Source: Peribolospora baueri
Lineage: Eukaryota
Length of the DNA: 64,000 bases
NCBI GenBank assembly: GCA_029717555.1
Contig: JAMDHS010000009.1
Span: 248,001 to 312,000, forward strand
Reading direction: 5' to 3'
The stretch's first letter is position 1; each line of letters begins with the position of its first letter. A model generated the notes under the pieces. It did not search any database, was not told the DNA's origin, and saw only the letters and a list, made by a program, of their open reading frames with translations. Of this stretch, positions 1-12,547 are shown in pieces. A program made the translations under genes and the position numbers.

Positions 1-1251
1 GCGCTGACACAGATCGTGGTCCCGACGCAGCTGGACGAGAGCGTGCTCGTCGCCATGCCGCCTGAGATCTTGGAGCAAATCGAGGCGGCCAAGGCGAGCA
101 AGGTGGCCAAGGCGGCGGCGCCGATGACGCCGAAGCGACGGGCGAAGCAGGTGATGCAGGACGAGGGAGACCGCGACGATGATTCGGAGACGGAGCTCGG
201 CGTGGCGACGCTGCCGGACTTTTCCGAGGTGGACCCGGAGGTCCTCGAAGCTCTGCCTTCATCGGTGCGAGAGGAGCTCAAGGCGGCTTACGCGGTAGGT
301 GATCGCCCAAACAACTCTCGGCGTTCGCCGACGAAGCTGGCGAAGGAAGGCAAGGAGGAGGGCGGGCGGAAGGTGCCTCTGCCGAAGAAATGGAGTCCAC
401 CGAAGAAGAACATAGGCGGACGGAGGCGCGGCGGGGGTGGCGGCGGCGGCAAAGCTTTGGGCTCAAGTCCGTTGAAGGAGCGCGGCCTGCAAAAGTTTGA
501 CCAGTTGCAGATTCTGTTGATGGACCCAGGGCGGATCGCGGACTCGGAGCTATTGGAGCTCGAGATCGACCCGGAGTTCTTCGCTGGCATCCCCGCTGAG
601 GACCAGCGGAACGTACTGCGACAACAATGGCAGAAGCGGCAGAGCGATCTGCGCCGTCGGAAGGAGGGTTGCAAGCTAGAGGCGATGGGGTGGGCGGAGC
701 AGCGGAGGCGCGAGGCGGAGCACAAGGCCAGGCACTCGGGGGCACTCGAGGGACAGACCTCAGCCTGCGGCGCCGGGGCCGCTGTCGCCTATGGGCCGGC
801 GGCGAGGCGGGGTGGAACGTCAGGATCGATATTGGTGAACGGCGTCGGCGTCGCTGTCCCGGCGCTCCATCGGCGATCGTCGGCGAACGAGATCCGAGAA
901 CTGGTGTCGACGTGGTTCGCAACGTGCGTGGCCGAAGGGCTGGCGCCAGAGCCGGAGGACGTGGAGCGGGTGGCGGCTTTCGTGCTGGACAGCCTCGACG
1001 TCGACCGTCGTACGGGCCGACTGGGGCAGGCGAGGGTGGCGGTGGAGAAGGTGGCTGCGGTGCTCGCGTGGTGGCGACATGTCCTGCGAAAGCGTTGGAG
1101 CCGTCGCGGTGACGCCGAAGCGGTCGTTCCGGACGTCCCGGACGACGAGGCTCGGCTCAGGGAGCGCTGGTGGAGCGCGTTCGAGTGCGTGAAAGCACGG
1201 GCGGACGAGGCGATGCGCGCTCGGTTCGGAGCGCCGCTGTCGCTCGATTGA
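1..1251 (+). CDS. REV1: DNA repair protein Rev1, C-terminal part (5' truncated by window)
   Basis: UBM-like repeats (LPDFSEVDPEVLEALPSSVREEL; IDPEFFAGIPAEDQRNVL) followed by a Rev1 C-terminal domain-like segment (ELVSTWF...PEPEDVERVAAFV...W). Confidence 0.85.
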   Translation, partial: ALTQIVVPTQLDESVLVAMPPEILEQIEAAKASKVAKAAAPMTPKRRAKQVMQDEGDRDDDSETELGVATLPDFSEVDPEVLEALPSSVREELKAAYAVGDRPNNSRRSPTKLAKEGKEEGGRKVPLPKKWSPPKKNIGGRRRGGGGGGGKALGSSPLKERGLQKFDQLQILLMDPGRIADSELLELEIDPEFFAGIPAEDQRNVLRQQWQKRQSDLRRRKEGCKLEAMGWAEQRRREAEHKARHSGALEGQTSACGAGAAVAYGPAARRGGTSGSILVNGVGVAVPALHRRSSANEIRELVSTWFATCVAEGLAPEPEDVERVAAFVLDSLDVDRRTGRLGQARVAVEKVAAVLAWWRHVLRKRWSRRGDAEAVVPDVPDDEARLRERWWSAFECVKARADEAMRARFGAPLSLD

Positions 1252-2489
1252 TGTTAGCTTTTGTTTTGTTTGGTTACTTTCTGTTTCGTTTCCGCGCGCA
1301 CTTCGTGTACCTCGTCGGGTTGGCGTACTAGGACTAACGGTGGGTTGTATCATCGTGTCAGTCTCGGACAATTTGCGTACTGTTTGTTGTACTGTATGTA
1401 CTGTAAGGACTGTGCTGGATAGCGGTCGCGCGGCGAGTCAGGATGCTCTGAGGGAGATGACGTACCAGCGGGGAGACGCTGGCCGGAGTCGGACTTGACA
1501 TGTGAGCAAGGCACATAAACGACTAGTAGTTGCAGAAAGCACGTTCTAGTCACTGCTGGTGCTGTACGCTCCTCCGTCCCGGCCGGCCTCTCAGGGACGG
1601 GGCTCGCACACGTTCTTTCCTTCATTGCTTGCTTGCTTGCTCGCCCCAGCAGCGGTGATGTGGCGAGCGAAAGCGGCGACGATGGCGAGATGGCGAGCCG
1701 GGCGACGACGTGCGCGGCAGACGGGCGACGATGATTGGGAGGCGGTACGCATTCGTCTTCGCCCATGCCATGTCGCCCATCACGTGCTCGTCGGAATCGA
1801 TGCAATTTATTTGACGTGATCGTTGCGCATTATATTTCTTTCTAATTCGAATCGATTGGGCCGTGTTTACTGTGCTTGCTTGCCGCCTCGCTTGCGACTC
1901 GCTCGATTCGGCCGCGAAACCGCGGCGTTGGTCATTCGACCACCACCGCCGTCGTCGGACCACTTACGCCTCCGGACGGCCCTCGCCTTCGTCGTTAGCA
2001 AGCACTGCGCGACCGGACGTTGGACTCGATTCGGCTCGTCCGACTCCGCCCGCCCCGCCCGCACACGAGAACGTCGCATAGGGGGAAGCGACAACGATCA
2101 GCGACGGGGAGAGCGATTGCCGCAACAGCCGCCAACGCCATCATCATCATCCCACCTTCGACCCGCACTGGCTCGTCTCCCCTCTCCATTCCCTCCTATT
2201 TAGACCCACACCCACCACCCTCCTCCCTCCCAGCGACCCTGCTCACGGCCCATTCCCACTTCGCCCCTCGCGTCCTTCCACGGACCTCGCCTGACGTCGG
2301 CTCGAGCTCGGCAGTCGCACACGCACACCCACCCACTCGCCAGCTCACGTCCACCCATCATCCCCGTCCATGCACCGCTAGCCTCGCCAGCCGGAACGGA
2401 AGCGCTCCCTTTCCTTCGCCCTCGCCTTCCATCCCTTTGCCTCGACTCGCTCCGACCACCTACCTCCTCCACGCCGGACCCCGTCCACC

Positions 2490-5400
2490 ATGGCGCCCTC
2501 CATCGACGCCCGTCGTCCGTTATTTAGCTCCGAAACGGGCCCGACCGGTTCGGGCTCTCACTCCGCCAAAACGTCGAAGAGCAGCAGCAGCACCACCACC
2601 CCCTCCTCCTCCAAACCCTCCTCTATCCGCCAAGCCTCCGCGTCCACCGCGTCCGCCGCGAGCGCCATGGCCAGCAAGGCCGCCAGCGTGGCCAGCGCCG
2701 TGAGCGGTGCCAGCGGAGGAGAACCGTCGACCGCTGGGAGCGGCCATACGGCCGCCGCGGGCGCTTCGGCGGCGAGTCGGCATAAGGGCAGGTGAGCCCT
2801 GTCCTTTCTTTCTTTCTCCTTTTTTTTTTTTTTGGTTTCCCTTCTTGCCTTGTCTCGCCTCGGCTTCCAACCGTCGTCGTTGTCATCTGTGTGGACGCAG
2901 CGCGGCCAGCTGGAAAGATGGATCGCACGGCAGCTCACCATCTCTCCTTCTCATCCTCTCTCTCGCAGCGTCGTCGACGAATGGCCCATGTTCAGCAGCC
3001 GGGGAGAGGACTACGTCATCGGAGACGTCATCGGTGCGTGCGTGCGTCAGCGCGAGTCGCGCGAGTCTACTCGCTTCCAGTCGCCGCTTTCGCCTTCTCT
3101 TTTTGGCTTTCGCCCTCTTTTCTTTACCGCTGTCCCGCCCCTTTGTGGTCCTGCGGGGACAGGTCGGTCGGTTGGATAGGAGGGACGGAGTTAATCGGGT
3201 CGGCCTGCTTCCGAACGGACGATCGTTGTCGTAGTGGTGGTGATGGTGGTGGTAGTGGTAATGGCGGCGGTGGTCGTCGTCGTCGTTGTCGCCATCCTCG
3301 TCGCCATCCTCATCCTCATATCTCCTCCTCGCCACCCTTCCTCTCTCCTGCCAGGCTTCGGCGCCTCCTCCGTCGTCCACCAAGCCGCCTTTTTGCCCCT
3401 CGATGGCCGGCCATGTGCTGTCAAGGTAATCGACCTGGAAAAGTTTGGCAGGGACACCGAGGCGCTGCGGCGCGAGGCACAGATCATGACCCTCAGCAAG
3501 CATCCCAACGTCCTTCGCGTCCGCGGCTGCTGGCTCGACGGCCACAAGCTATGCATCTCTACCAGGCTCATGAGCAGCGGTGAGCTGAGCTAAGCTCTTC
3601 ATTCTGTGCACGAACCCCCCTCCGCTCCCTCCCTCTTTCTCCAAGGACCCCCTCTCATCTCATATCCCCGCCTCGCAGGATCGATGCTCGACATCATGCG
3701 CTACTCCCACCCAGACGGCTTCGACGAGTCGACCATCGCCACTGTCCTCAAACAGGCTCTTGAGGGTCTCAACTACCTTCACATCAACGGCTACCTTCAC
3801 CGCGACTTTAAAGCCGCCAACCTGCTCGTCGACGACGACGGCACCGTCCTCCTCGGCGATTTTGGCGTCGGCGTCTTCCTCGAAGAGAGCACACAGGACA
3901 GCTCCGATCCGTCCAACCGAAGGGCCGCTTCCTCTTCCAGTTCCGCGCTCGGCCTCGCATTGGCCGGCGGCGGTCAGCCGGGGCCGGGGGCGAACATGGG
4001 CGGCAGGAAAAGCTTCGTGGGCACGCCGTGCTGGATGGCGCCCGAGGTGGTCGAGAGGAAGCACTACGGGGCGAAAGGTGAGCTTGGCTGCCCTCTTTTC
4101 TATCCTCTTTCTTTTTCTTTCTTCCACCTCCGACGCACCCATTGACTCGCTCGACGCACCTTTTCTGAAGCCGACATCTGGTCCTTCGGCATCACCGCCC
4201 TCGAGCTCTCGTCCGGCCGCGCGCCGCACTCCCGCTATGCGCCCGTGAAGGTCCTCATGAAGACGCTCCAGGACGAACCGCCAACGCTGGATCGCGAGGG
4301 CGGGGCGCACAAGTACTCCAAGGCGATGGAGGACATGGTGCGGATATGCTTGCAGAAGGACCCCAGCAAGCGGTGAGTCTGCCGCCCGACTTTTCCTTCG
4401 TCTTTCTTGCTTGGTCTTGGGCAGCCAGCGCATGGCAGCGCATGGCGTGGCGCGGTGTATAGAGAGAGAGAGAGATGCTAACCACTTCTATCCGCCACCC
4501 TCCGCTTCGATGTCTCCCAAGACCAACAGCAGAAAAGCTGCTTCAGCATCCCTTCTTCAAGCAGGCCAAAAAGAAGTCCTACCTCGTCTCCGCCATCTTG
4601 GGTCCGTCCTCCTTTCCTTTCCACACCCCCTGGCTTTTTATTCGAATACACCACTTACCTTCCCGTCCCATCCCGTTTCTTCTCTACCAGCCGGTCTGCC
4701 CCCTTTGGCACAGCGGCAGACGAGGAGTGAGTGAACGTGTTCTCGAGCCTAGCAAAAAACAACGCCATTCGCTCAACCTGTTTCTTTCGTCTCCCTCCAT
4801 CGTCCTCGTATTCTCAGGACGCCACGCTTCCATCGCCTCCATGAGGCTTCAGGACTCGTGGGACTTTGGCAGCTTGACCGGAAGCCTCGCGTCGACGCCC
4901 GCAGGAGAGCTTTTCACCGACCCGTTCGCCTCGTTCACTACCTCGGCCTTTCCTTCGCCCACGCTTTCGATCCGCCACAAGAGCTTTCTCGCCGGATGCG
5001 ACGGCGCCAGCACGCCCGACAGCGCCGACGTCGACGGCGGATCTCGTCCGTCGACCGTACCTAGGAAAGTCCTCCGAACTCACTCCCGCGACGGCTCCGC
5101 GTCCAGCTTCCGCACGTCACACCACCGAAACTCGGAGCGGGCACCGCCCTCTGCCCTCCACTCTTCCATGGACCACTTGTCCAGTCCGTTGCCAGACGTC
5201 GTCGAGGCCGGTTCGCCGGTGATCGTGCCCGTGCCCTCCTCTCCCTCCGGCTCCGCCCCTTCTTCCCCCGTCGCACTGCCGGACAAGACGTCGGCGAAAG
5301 ACGAACCTCCGGCCATTGTCCTCAAGGACGACGAGTCGGCCTCCGTCCCCTCCACCGCCACCCCCTCCACCGCCTCCACTGCCCCCGGCTCTCCGGCCTT

Positions 5401-5896
5401 GTCCTCTCCGAAGACCGGGCCCGCCCCGCCGTCTAGCCAGAGCTCCAACGCGGCCGATCCTCCTCCGATCTCTTTGCCCGGACCCGTGTCTGATATCTTC
5501 AAAGGGACCTCTGCGACGACCGCTGGCGGGACAATCGTCCCTTCGGCACCAGTGGCCGTGCCCGTGGCCTCCAGCTCTGGGTCCGGCTCTGGCCCTAGCT
5601 CTGACAGGGCCCGGCGCATCTCATCGCCTCGCATCCAACCTGTCACCGGCTCTTCTTGGCCGCGCGAGGGCGGCGTCGGCGGTTTGCTCTCGCGCGTCAG
5701 CAGCATCGGGAGGAGGGAAGGCGCGTCCGCGTCCGTCGGCGGTGCCGCTTCTGTCGCTTCCTCCGCTTCTTCCGCCGCAGCAGCCGGTTCCGCTTCTGCC
5801 AGCGCCGCTGGCGGAGGCGAGGCTGATAGGGAGAGAGAGCGGGGAGGCGTGAGGGGGAGGATTACCAAGTGGGTTCGCCACGCCGCTCAGTCATGA
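2490..5896 (+). CDS. STE20-family Ser/Thr kinase, OSR1/SPAK/Fray-like (multi-exon)
   Basis: Spliced exons give [50 protein letters not shown] and [12 protein letters not shown], followed by a Ser/Pro-rich tail. Confidence 0.9.
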
Positions 5897-6253
5897 CCCC
5901 AACTGAAAGGAAGGAAGGAGGGATGGGTGGATGGAGTCGGGGTCGAGAGAGCGGGGCGGATGTGTAGATCGCTCTTTCCTCTTGTCATTTCCTTTTCCTC
6001 GTTTTCGTAATTCTTGCGCTTCGCTTCCGCGTTCCTCAATGATGGATTGACGCTGTCGTCTGTCGCGCTCATGTACTAGTATCTCGAACGCCAACGTATC
6101 TCGAACGCCCTATGTCGCTCCGTCCAACCCCATTTGCATGCCCCTGCCCCAAGGCAATGGGGATTAATCGATCGACTGCCCCAGTAAAACGCCCACCATA
6201 CTATACGCGCATTCGAACGAGCGCCGGTTCGCCGCAAAGCTCGGTGGGGCCGC

Positions 6254-7551
6254 TCACGCGTTCAGCACCAACCGATGGAAGCGATCGTCCTCGAGCTTGC
6301 CCCTGCCGCTCAGCACGACCTCGCCGACGACGTCCATGTTCGCTTCTGCGTCCGGCACCCAGTGCACGTCCATGTCCGGCAACATCACCCTACCAAACTC
6401 GGCGCCAAAATCCTCGATGAGCCCCGGCACGAGGTCCTCGAGCACCATCACCGCCGCCTCGCCCTCGCCACCGGGCCGGACGCCCTGCTTGTCGAGGCGG
6501 ATCAGCTCGCGCTCCAGACTCGTCTGCTCATACGGAGGAGGAGGGTGCCGATCCTCCGCTTGCACGCCCGCCGCCACCGCTCGGATCCGCTCGAACCAGT
6601 GAGACACGTCGTCGAAGACGTTGAGAGCAAAGCCGTGTGAGACGATCCCCTTTTGCTCGTATATACCCACGTGTCCTATCGAGCGGGTGGGATGGACGAG
6701 GATGTCGCTGGAAGATGAGGAATAAGGCAAAGGAGAAGGGGAAGGGGAAGAGGAAGAAAAAGAGGTAAAGCGGGAGGGGAGGAGGGTGAGGGAGAAGCGC
6801 GTGGAGAGGAAGTGGGAGAGGAAGCTGTCGAGTTTGCGGATATAGGTCCCCAGCGACATCTGCGAGTCGGGCGAGAAAAGGACGAGCGAGCGGGCAGGGC
6901 AGGCAGGTCCAACGCCCACCGTCAGTCGACCCACGTCCGTCCACGTCCCTTAGTCCGCTCTCTACGGACGACTGTGGCCTGACGTGGTCGTACCGTACCG
7001 TCCAAGGGGACCGGCAACCGGCTCCCTGAGCTCACCTTCATCTCTCTGAGGTCCAAAATCGGGTAAGCGATCAGTTGGCCCGGCCCGTGATAAGTGACCT
7101 TGCCGCCCCTCTTCGTCCTCACAAACTCAGTTGCTATGCCTCCCTCCGTCAGCCTCCGCACGAGCTCCAGCGCCTCCTCCTCTGCGTAGCTCCTCCCGCC
7201 GGTGTAGACTGGTCGGTGGGTCATGAGGAGGAGCATGTCGCCCCTCGCGACGCGGCCCAGACTCACCGCCTCGTCCGGCTCGAGCACGTCGGAGAAGGAG
7301 GGAGGCTTCCCGGCGCGACGCGAATCAAAGCGGTCACGCACGAGTCTGTCCTGGAGGGCGAGCCCGAGCAGGTAGGGCACCTGGTATGGTGCGTGGTTGT
7401 ACGTGATTGAGGGCAGGGAGGAAGGGAAGACTCGCACGCTCGTCGCCTGCTCCGGGTAGACGTCGACCGTGAATGCCCGGTGGCCCCTGGGTGAGGTGGA
7501 GACGAGCGCCCGCCGGCCCTGTGGAAGACGGGATCGGAGGAGCGACAACAT
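6254..7551 (-). CDS. LIP2: Mitochondrial lipoyl(octanoyl)transferase LipB/Lip2 (one intron)
   Basis: Motifs HRPVYTGGR, RGGKVTYHGPGQLIAYPILDL, SIG and HGFALNV; Arg/Ser/Leu-rich presequence-like N-terminus. Confidence 0.9.
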
Positions 7552-8385
7552 GGCTATGTAAGGGTAAGAGCACGAAGGCTGGAAGATAAGGAAAGTTTTG
7601 CATTGGGAGCTGGCTTAAGATCAAGTCCTGGTACCTGAACGACGACGGGCAATTACGTCTAGCTGACGAAGCAGGGTCCTCCCGGTGGAGCGCGGCGCAC
7701 GTCCCACCACCGCCATATACGCCGTTCTCATAATTGGTTCAGTTTCGTCAGAGCCAGTGCGGTTCCATCAGCTGGCCGGTTGTGGAAGGGGCCATGGAGG
7801 ACGACCCGGTGTCTGGTTCTTCAAGAACAAGGCCCTCATCGTCGGCATGCGTTGCTTGTTCGTAGTCCGCTCCGCAGTGTAACTTAACACGCAAGGTCTT
7901 GTGGATCTCGAGCCGACTGGCACACGTCTCGGATATGTTTCACCTCGACGACCAGGACGGAGCGTGGACGGCCTACTCCTTCTCACCTCGCTGTCAGAAC
8001 ACGGGATGGAGGATGGACTGAGAGAGCTCTGGGTGGGGAATACGACGTTGATGGCGCAAGCAGGGGTGATATGATGCTCGTTGCATTACCCGAGAAATAT
8101 GGAAGATAGGCATGAATGGTCGTCGAGCGATCCTCGAGCGATAGACGCTGACTGAGATTGATTCAGTCGTGTTGCTCATCTTAGCTTCTCCTCTCACCCG
8201 GCATCTCGAGCCTTTCATCACAACGACGAAAGAGGCGGCGAGCGATCTTCGACCCCACAGAAACCAGGGGGGATGTATAAAGGCCTTGTTGTCTCCGTGG
8301 CTTCCCCTATCGTGATCCTCTGTTCTAGCCTTCTCGTCTCAACAAACACCCAACAGGACGAGCAAAGAAGAAAGAACGACGAGCG

Positions 8386-10470
8386 ATGCCGTCCACGTTC
8401 GAGATCATCTGCAACCTCCCAGAGTAAGGCGAACCTTGTACATCCTTTACTGCCAAGGCAGGGCTTAGCCGTTCTTGGTCTGATCGTTTGCGCCCTCCCG
8501 CTTACCCCGTCCGCCTTGCTTGGCCTTCCGAGCTCAGAGAGATATGGTTCAAGATCGTGGAAGATGTCTGGGAGAACAGCGATAAGGATGCGGCAAACCT
8601 GATTCAGGTGGGTTGCATGACAGCGCTTACTCTCTTTTGGCAAATCTTGCGGAGGTTCTTGATGCCATACGCTCCAGAACGGGAAAAAGTGACCTTGATG
8701 GACCCATCCAGCCCGATAACACGGTGGAATTCTCTTTCTCCTCTTTCCTCCCGCTCTGTCTGCCCAGATCTGCAAACTTTTCCTCTGCACGCGAGCAGGA
8801 CAGCTGATCCGCTACCGTCTAGGCCGCCGGAAGATTGGCCTTCCAGCTATGCCCGCTCCCTCATCACTTCCTCCAGGCGGAATCGATATGACCGTCGAGG
8901 CGGACCTTTATCAACGTACTTCGATGTTTCTATTCGGGACGACTCGGAGGGTGAGGAAGGTCCTTCTGGCGCAAGAGGTGGATACGGCGATGGAAAGGAC
9001 TAGGCGGAGGGGCGACACAACATGGGCGCGGGAGGAGCGCGCTGCCCGGCCCTGTGTCAAAGTGGCGGTGGTGGGGTCGTTGATGGTCTGTGTGGGGAAC
9101 GATGGAATGTCCGTCGACGTTATCGACACGAGCGGGAATTCCATATCGGGCGAGGAAGGAAAACCGCTGGTCGCGCGCATACCGACCGATGGCAAAATTG
9201 TGGAGCTCGACGTTTGTCCCAAAACCCGTATGGCGTTCATCGCGGTTGAGGCCGCGGCCGGGAGAGTTGGCCGCTCGGACTTGGATCAGGACGAGGAAGG
9301 CTCCTCGAACCGGAAGTGAGTCCAGCTAGCGCCGTCCAGACCGGCCCATGGATTGTACAGGCATGGAATGTACAGGCGATCACGGACGAGGAGGACAAAC
9401 GGGAGCGTCAAGAAGCCATCAACAAGGAGGCAGAAGAGGAATTCGCGCGCGAGCTCGCCAAGATAATGGCCGACAACAGCGACTCGCGCAACGGCGTCGT
9501 GGACGAAGGTGGAGACCCGTGCGTATCTGGCAACGGTATGACGGCCGTTGCGCCGCGTCGCGAGACGGGGTCGGCGCTGATACCGGGACCGTTGGCCCGG
9601 TCTTTCGTCCCCTTGCCCCTCTTCCTTTTCTGCCTCCACCGGTTAAGGTGTGGGGCCATGGTGCATGTCCACGACATCGACACCGGACAGGCGCATACCA
9701 CACCGCTCCGTCTGCCCCGTATTCGTCAAAATATGAGGCTCAGGGCGCTCGAAGACGTCCTGCTCGTCCAGGTGGATCAAATGGTCCTACTGTACAATTG
9801 GAGGTCCTGGACCAGGATATGGCAGCGAGTGTGTAGCCTCACAGCGCTCTTATTAAACGGGTCGTTCTCCAACGCTCACGATCGGACGTGGACACTACCT
9901 CGTTCCTCCCCTCCATCCTCCCAGCCGCACCGGCCTGGTCGCACGCCCCTTGCCGGCACCGCTGCACCACTGACCCGAGACGGCGTCATCGTGCTGACCA
10001 AACAAACCCAGCCTTATTCGCAGAATCATGTTCTGGAGCTGTATCAGACGACGCAGATGGAACCGCTCGTCGCCGAAATGGACATCACGAAGGGGATCCC
10101 GCGTGATATGGACCATCGAGGTGATTGGGAACGACGGCATGTCGTCCCTTGGCAAGCTGCTCAAGAGGTTCTTCTTTTTCTTCTGGGAGGCGAAAAAAAA
10201 ATTCCATCGAGGCGGCGAAAGATACTATGGAACGAATGGTGTTCTGGGAAGACACGGGTTACTTGGGAAACTTTAAGTTCGCCTCTTCGAGCGAGCGCTG
10301 CGCGATGGAGAAACCCGGCGGTGTTCCATGAGCCTGGGGGCTGTTATTGTCCGCTCAGCGAGGCCGACTATGGGATGAGTCTGCAAGGTCCTCGCCTGGG
10401 GCTCGTCAGTCGACGTTGCGGCGGCGAAGGTGGGTCCGGGAAGGTCGAAAGATTCCTAACCTTCGTGTGA
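8386..10470 (+). CDS. F-box domain protein, lineage-specific (multi-exon)
   Basis: Removing introns 8424-8537 and 8608-8767 gives MPSTFEIICNLPEEIWFKIVEDVWENSDKDAANLIQICKLF, which fits the F-box LP-EI..I...L..C consensus. Intron 9316-9647 joins this in frame to ORF 9316..10470. TATAAA lies at about 8276. Confidence 0.65.
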
Positions 10471-10505
10471 GGCGCCTGCACCGGTGGGTCTGCCCGTGAC
10501 CCATG

Positions 10506-10560
10506 TCTGTCTATGTATGTATGTATGTATGTATATATGTATGTATATATGTATGTATGT
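10506..10560. repeat. (TATG)n/(TA)n microsatellite
   Basis: Direct inspection: tatgtatgtatgtatgtatgtatatatgtatg... Confidence 0.95.
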
Positions 10561-10581
10561 CTGTTGTATGTCAACTGCTTG

Positions 10582-10777
10582 CCGACACGAGAGGCAGTAG
10601 AGGTCGCGGAAGGCGCAGGTTCCCGTTGACAGTCGGGCGAGGTTACACCGCACCTTTCGATGATGGGGTATCTCTCGACTATCCCTCGACACGTAACGTC
10701 TTTTCCGGGTTGGCGAAGTGGCAGAAAGGGCATTTCCAGTCGGCGTTTACGAGGCGACCCGAAATTTTGATGGCCAT
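10582..10777 (-). pseudogene. Zinc-finger microprotein array unit 1, frameshifted
   Basis: MAIKISGRLVNADWKCPFCHFANPEK, then a frame change at the T4 run (10701-10704) continues DVTCRGIVERYPIIERCGVTSPDC. Confidence 0.75.
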
Positions 10778-11240
10778 GATCGTCATCGGTAAATTGGTCA
10801 ACGGGGTGCCTAATTCAACGGGGTGCCTAATTGTGAAAGAGAGACCACGGACGCGCGCGAAGTAAGTGACCGCTTCGATTGTGTTGCGTGTCGATCGAAA
10901 ACAGCATGCTAATATGAGATGCACAGCTGGGCTGCACATGTGAAACGCCATTGCTATAGGCATAATAGAGCCTAAGACACTTATGGCTCGCTCGGACTCA
11001 CGCTGACATTGGATCCACCGATACTCTAAACGCCATCGCGACGGTGGAGAGAATCACAAGGAACAAGAAAAGGGGCGGCGCACTTGAACCATGCAGAAGG
11101 GACAGATGTGGGCATCGATAGCGATTGTCTCTCTCGGCGGGCCCGCCGCTGGACGACGGAAAGATGACGTGACGGGCGCTCAGCGCTCAATGAATCAAAA
11201 GCCGACAGAACACGACGGTAAGAAATAGCCTTCCGCTCAC

Positions 11241-11396
11241 CGTTTTCATAAGTCTAAGTGCTTTGCTTTTTCTGCTTACACACGAGGTACCATGTAGTTT
11301 GGTCGTCGCCTAGTCTTTCACAGTACCCTACGCTAGGAAACAGACAGGGCAGTCCCAGTCGTCACGTACAAAGGGTTGCGAGATGCCGACTGCCAT
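11241..11396 (-). pseudogene. Zinc-finger microprotein array unit 2, premature stops
   Basis: MAVGISQPFVRDDWDCPVCFLA*GTVKD*ATTKLHGTSC...KT|GTGAGC; aligns with unit 5 but has two in-frame TAG codons. Confidence 0.75.
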
Positions 11397-11925
11397 GATC
11401 GTCGTACGAGAATGGTCAGGAGGCGCGTACCTCCCCACAACGATGGATAAGAGTCTATGACGAGTGCGATGCGAATGTGATCGGCGCCGCCTCCTTATAG
11501 GCTTTGCAGTCATCTCATACTGCCACTGCCCTCTACAGGTCATATTGAAATAGTGGGCCGACATGGAATGAACAGCTGGGCTATACGCAAGAAATGACGT
11601 TGCTACGGGTGTAAAACTTGTCGCTCGCTCGGATTAGCGCTGAGAAAGCTGCCCGGTCCACAGCTACATCCAACGTTGTTGGTACCGTGGAAAGAATCAG
11701 GAAGAACGAAGGCGAGTTGCGGGCTCGAAACCTCTGGCTGCCGCAGCATTGCGCACGGGCCATCAGCGTTCTCTCGCCAGCTTCCACGCCGCCCACTGAA
11801 CAATCGCGAGCGCCAACGGAGAAGAAGAACGTCCGCAACGGCGTTCAGTATACTATGGATGGAGGCCGCGGACGCGGCAGAGGAGATCGCCTTTTACTCA
11901 CCGTCGTCACATATGCCTACGAGCC

Positions 11926-12090
11926 TTATCGTATGGGCTTAGGCGAGCCGCACTTTACGGGGACAAAGCCGCCAGCGGTACTCACGGTGACCCGCCCTCC
12001 ACAATGCGTGGTGCTTTCCCTGTTTAAGTAGTGGCAGGAGATACATTGCCAGGCGGCGTCTACGAGGGGACGTGAGGCGTTGACGGCCAT
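11926..12090 (-). CDS. RanBP2-like zinc-finger microprotein, array unit 3 (54 aa)
   Basis: MAVNASRPLVDAAWQCISCHYLNRESTTHCGGRVTVSTAGGFVPVKCGSPKPIR*; W-x-C-x2-C-x3-N-x6-C-xn-C pattern intact. Confidence 0.7.
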   Translation of the reverse strand: MAVNASRPLVDAAWQCISCHYLNRESTTHCGGRVTVSTAGGFVPVKCGSPKPIR

Positions 12091-12547
12091 AGTTGTTGTC
12101 GGAGAATCGATCAAGGAGTGCGTGTCTACTTGTCAGATGAGGATCGACAAGAGACGACGGACGCGCGCCAAGGTGACTGTTACGCTTTGACGGAGGTCGT
12201 GCGTCTCCGACAGTACAGCAGTCCCCGACTTAAATGGTTGCCAGATCTCTCAAAGGAGCGGAGCGGACAATTGCCCTCGCCAGGAGAAAAACTCAAACAG
12301 CACGCGGAAACGGGACGCACTGCAAGGCCGCACACATAATGCTGCGGATGGAGAGAATCAGGAAGAACAAAGGCGTTCGCGCTCGGATTAGCGCTGAGGT
12401 GGACACACCTTGGTTGGCTATCACCCACAAGGACTTGAAGTTCAAATCCAGTTTTATTGAAACGTAGAGAATCAATATCGCGCGCTCTGAGCCTACATCT
12501 GACGACATATCCCGGACTGACTGCCCCAGCATTTCAAGCACCAGTCA

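Noticed and set aside
1530..1544. 15-mer TTGCAGAAAGCACGT also present at 12905-12919, upstream of array unit 4
   Set aside because: A single 15-nt match is about what chance predicts in 64 kb, and no finger ORF follows the first copy.
6079..6109. GTATCTCGAACGCC x2 between convergent 3' ends
   Set aside because: A simple local slippage duplication with no evidence of function.
10695..10712. Programmed -1 frameshift in unit 1
   Set aside because: CCG GAA AAG is not an X XXY YYZ slippery heptamer, and the paralogs are uninterrupted at this position.
11305..11330. TAG stops in unit 2 as possible A-to-I editing-restored codons
   Set aside because: Editing would give Trp where Asn/Cys are needed, and the unit's splice acceptor is also mutated. 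Simple decay explains it better.
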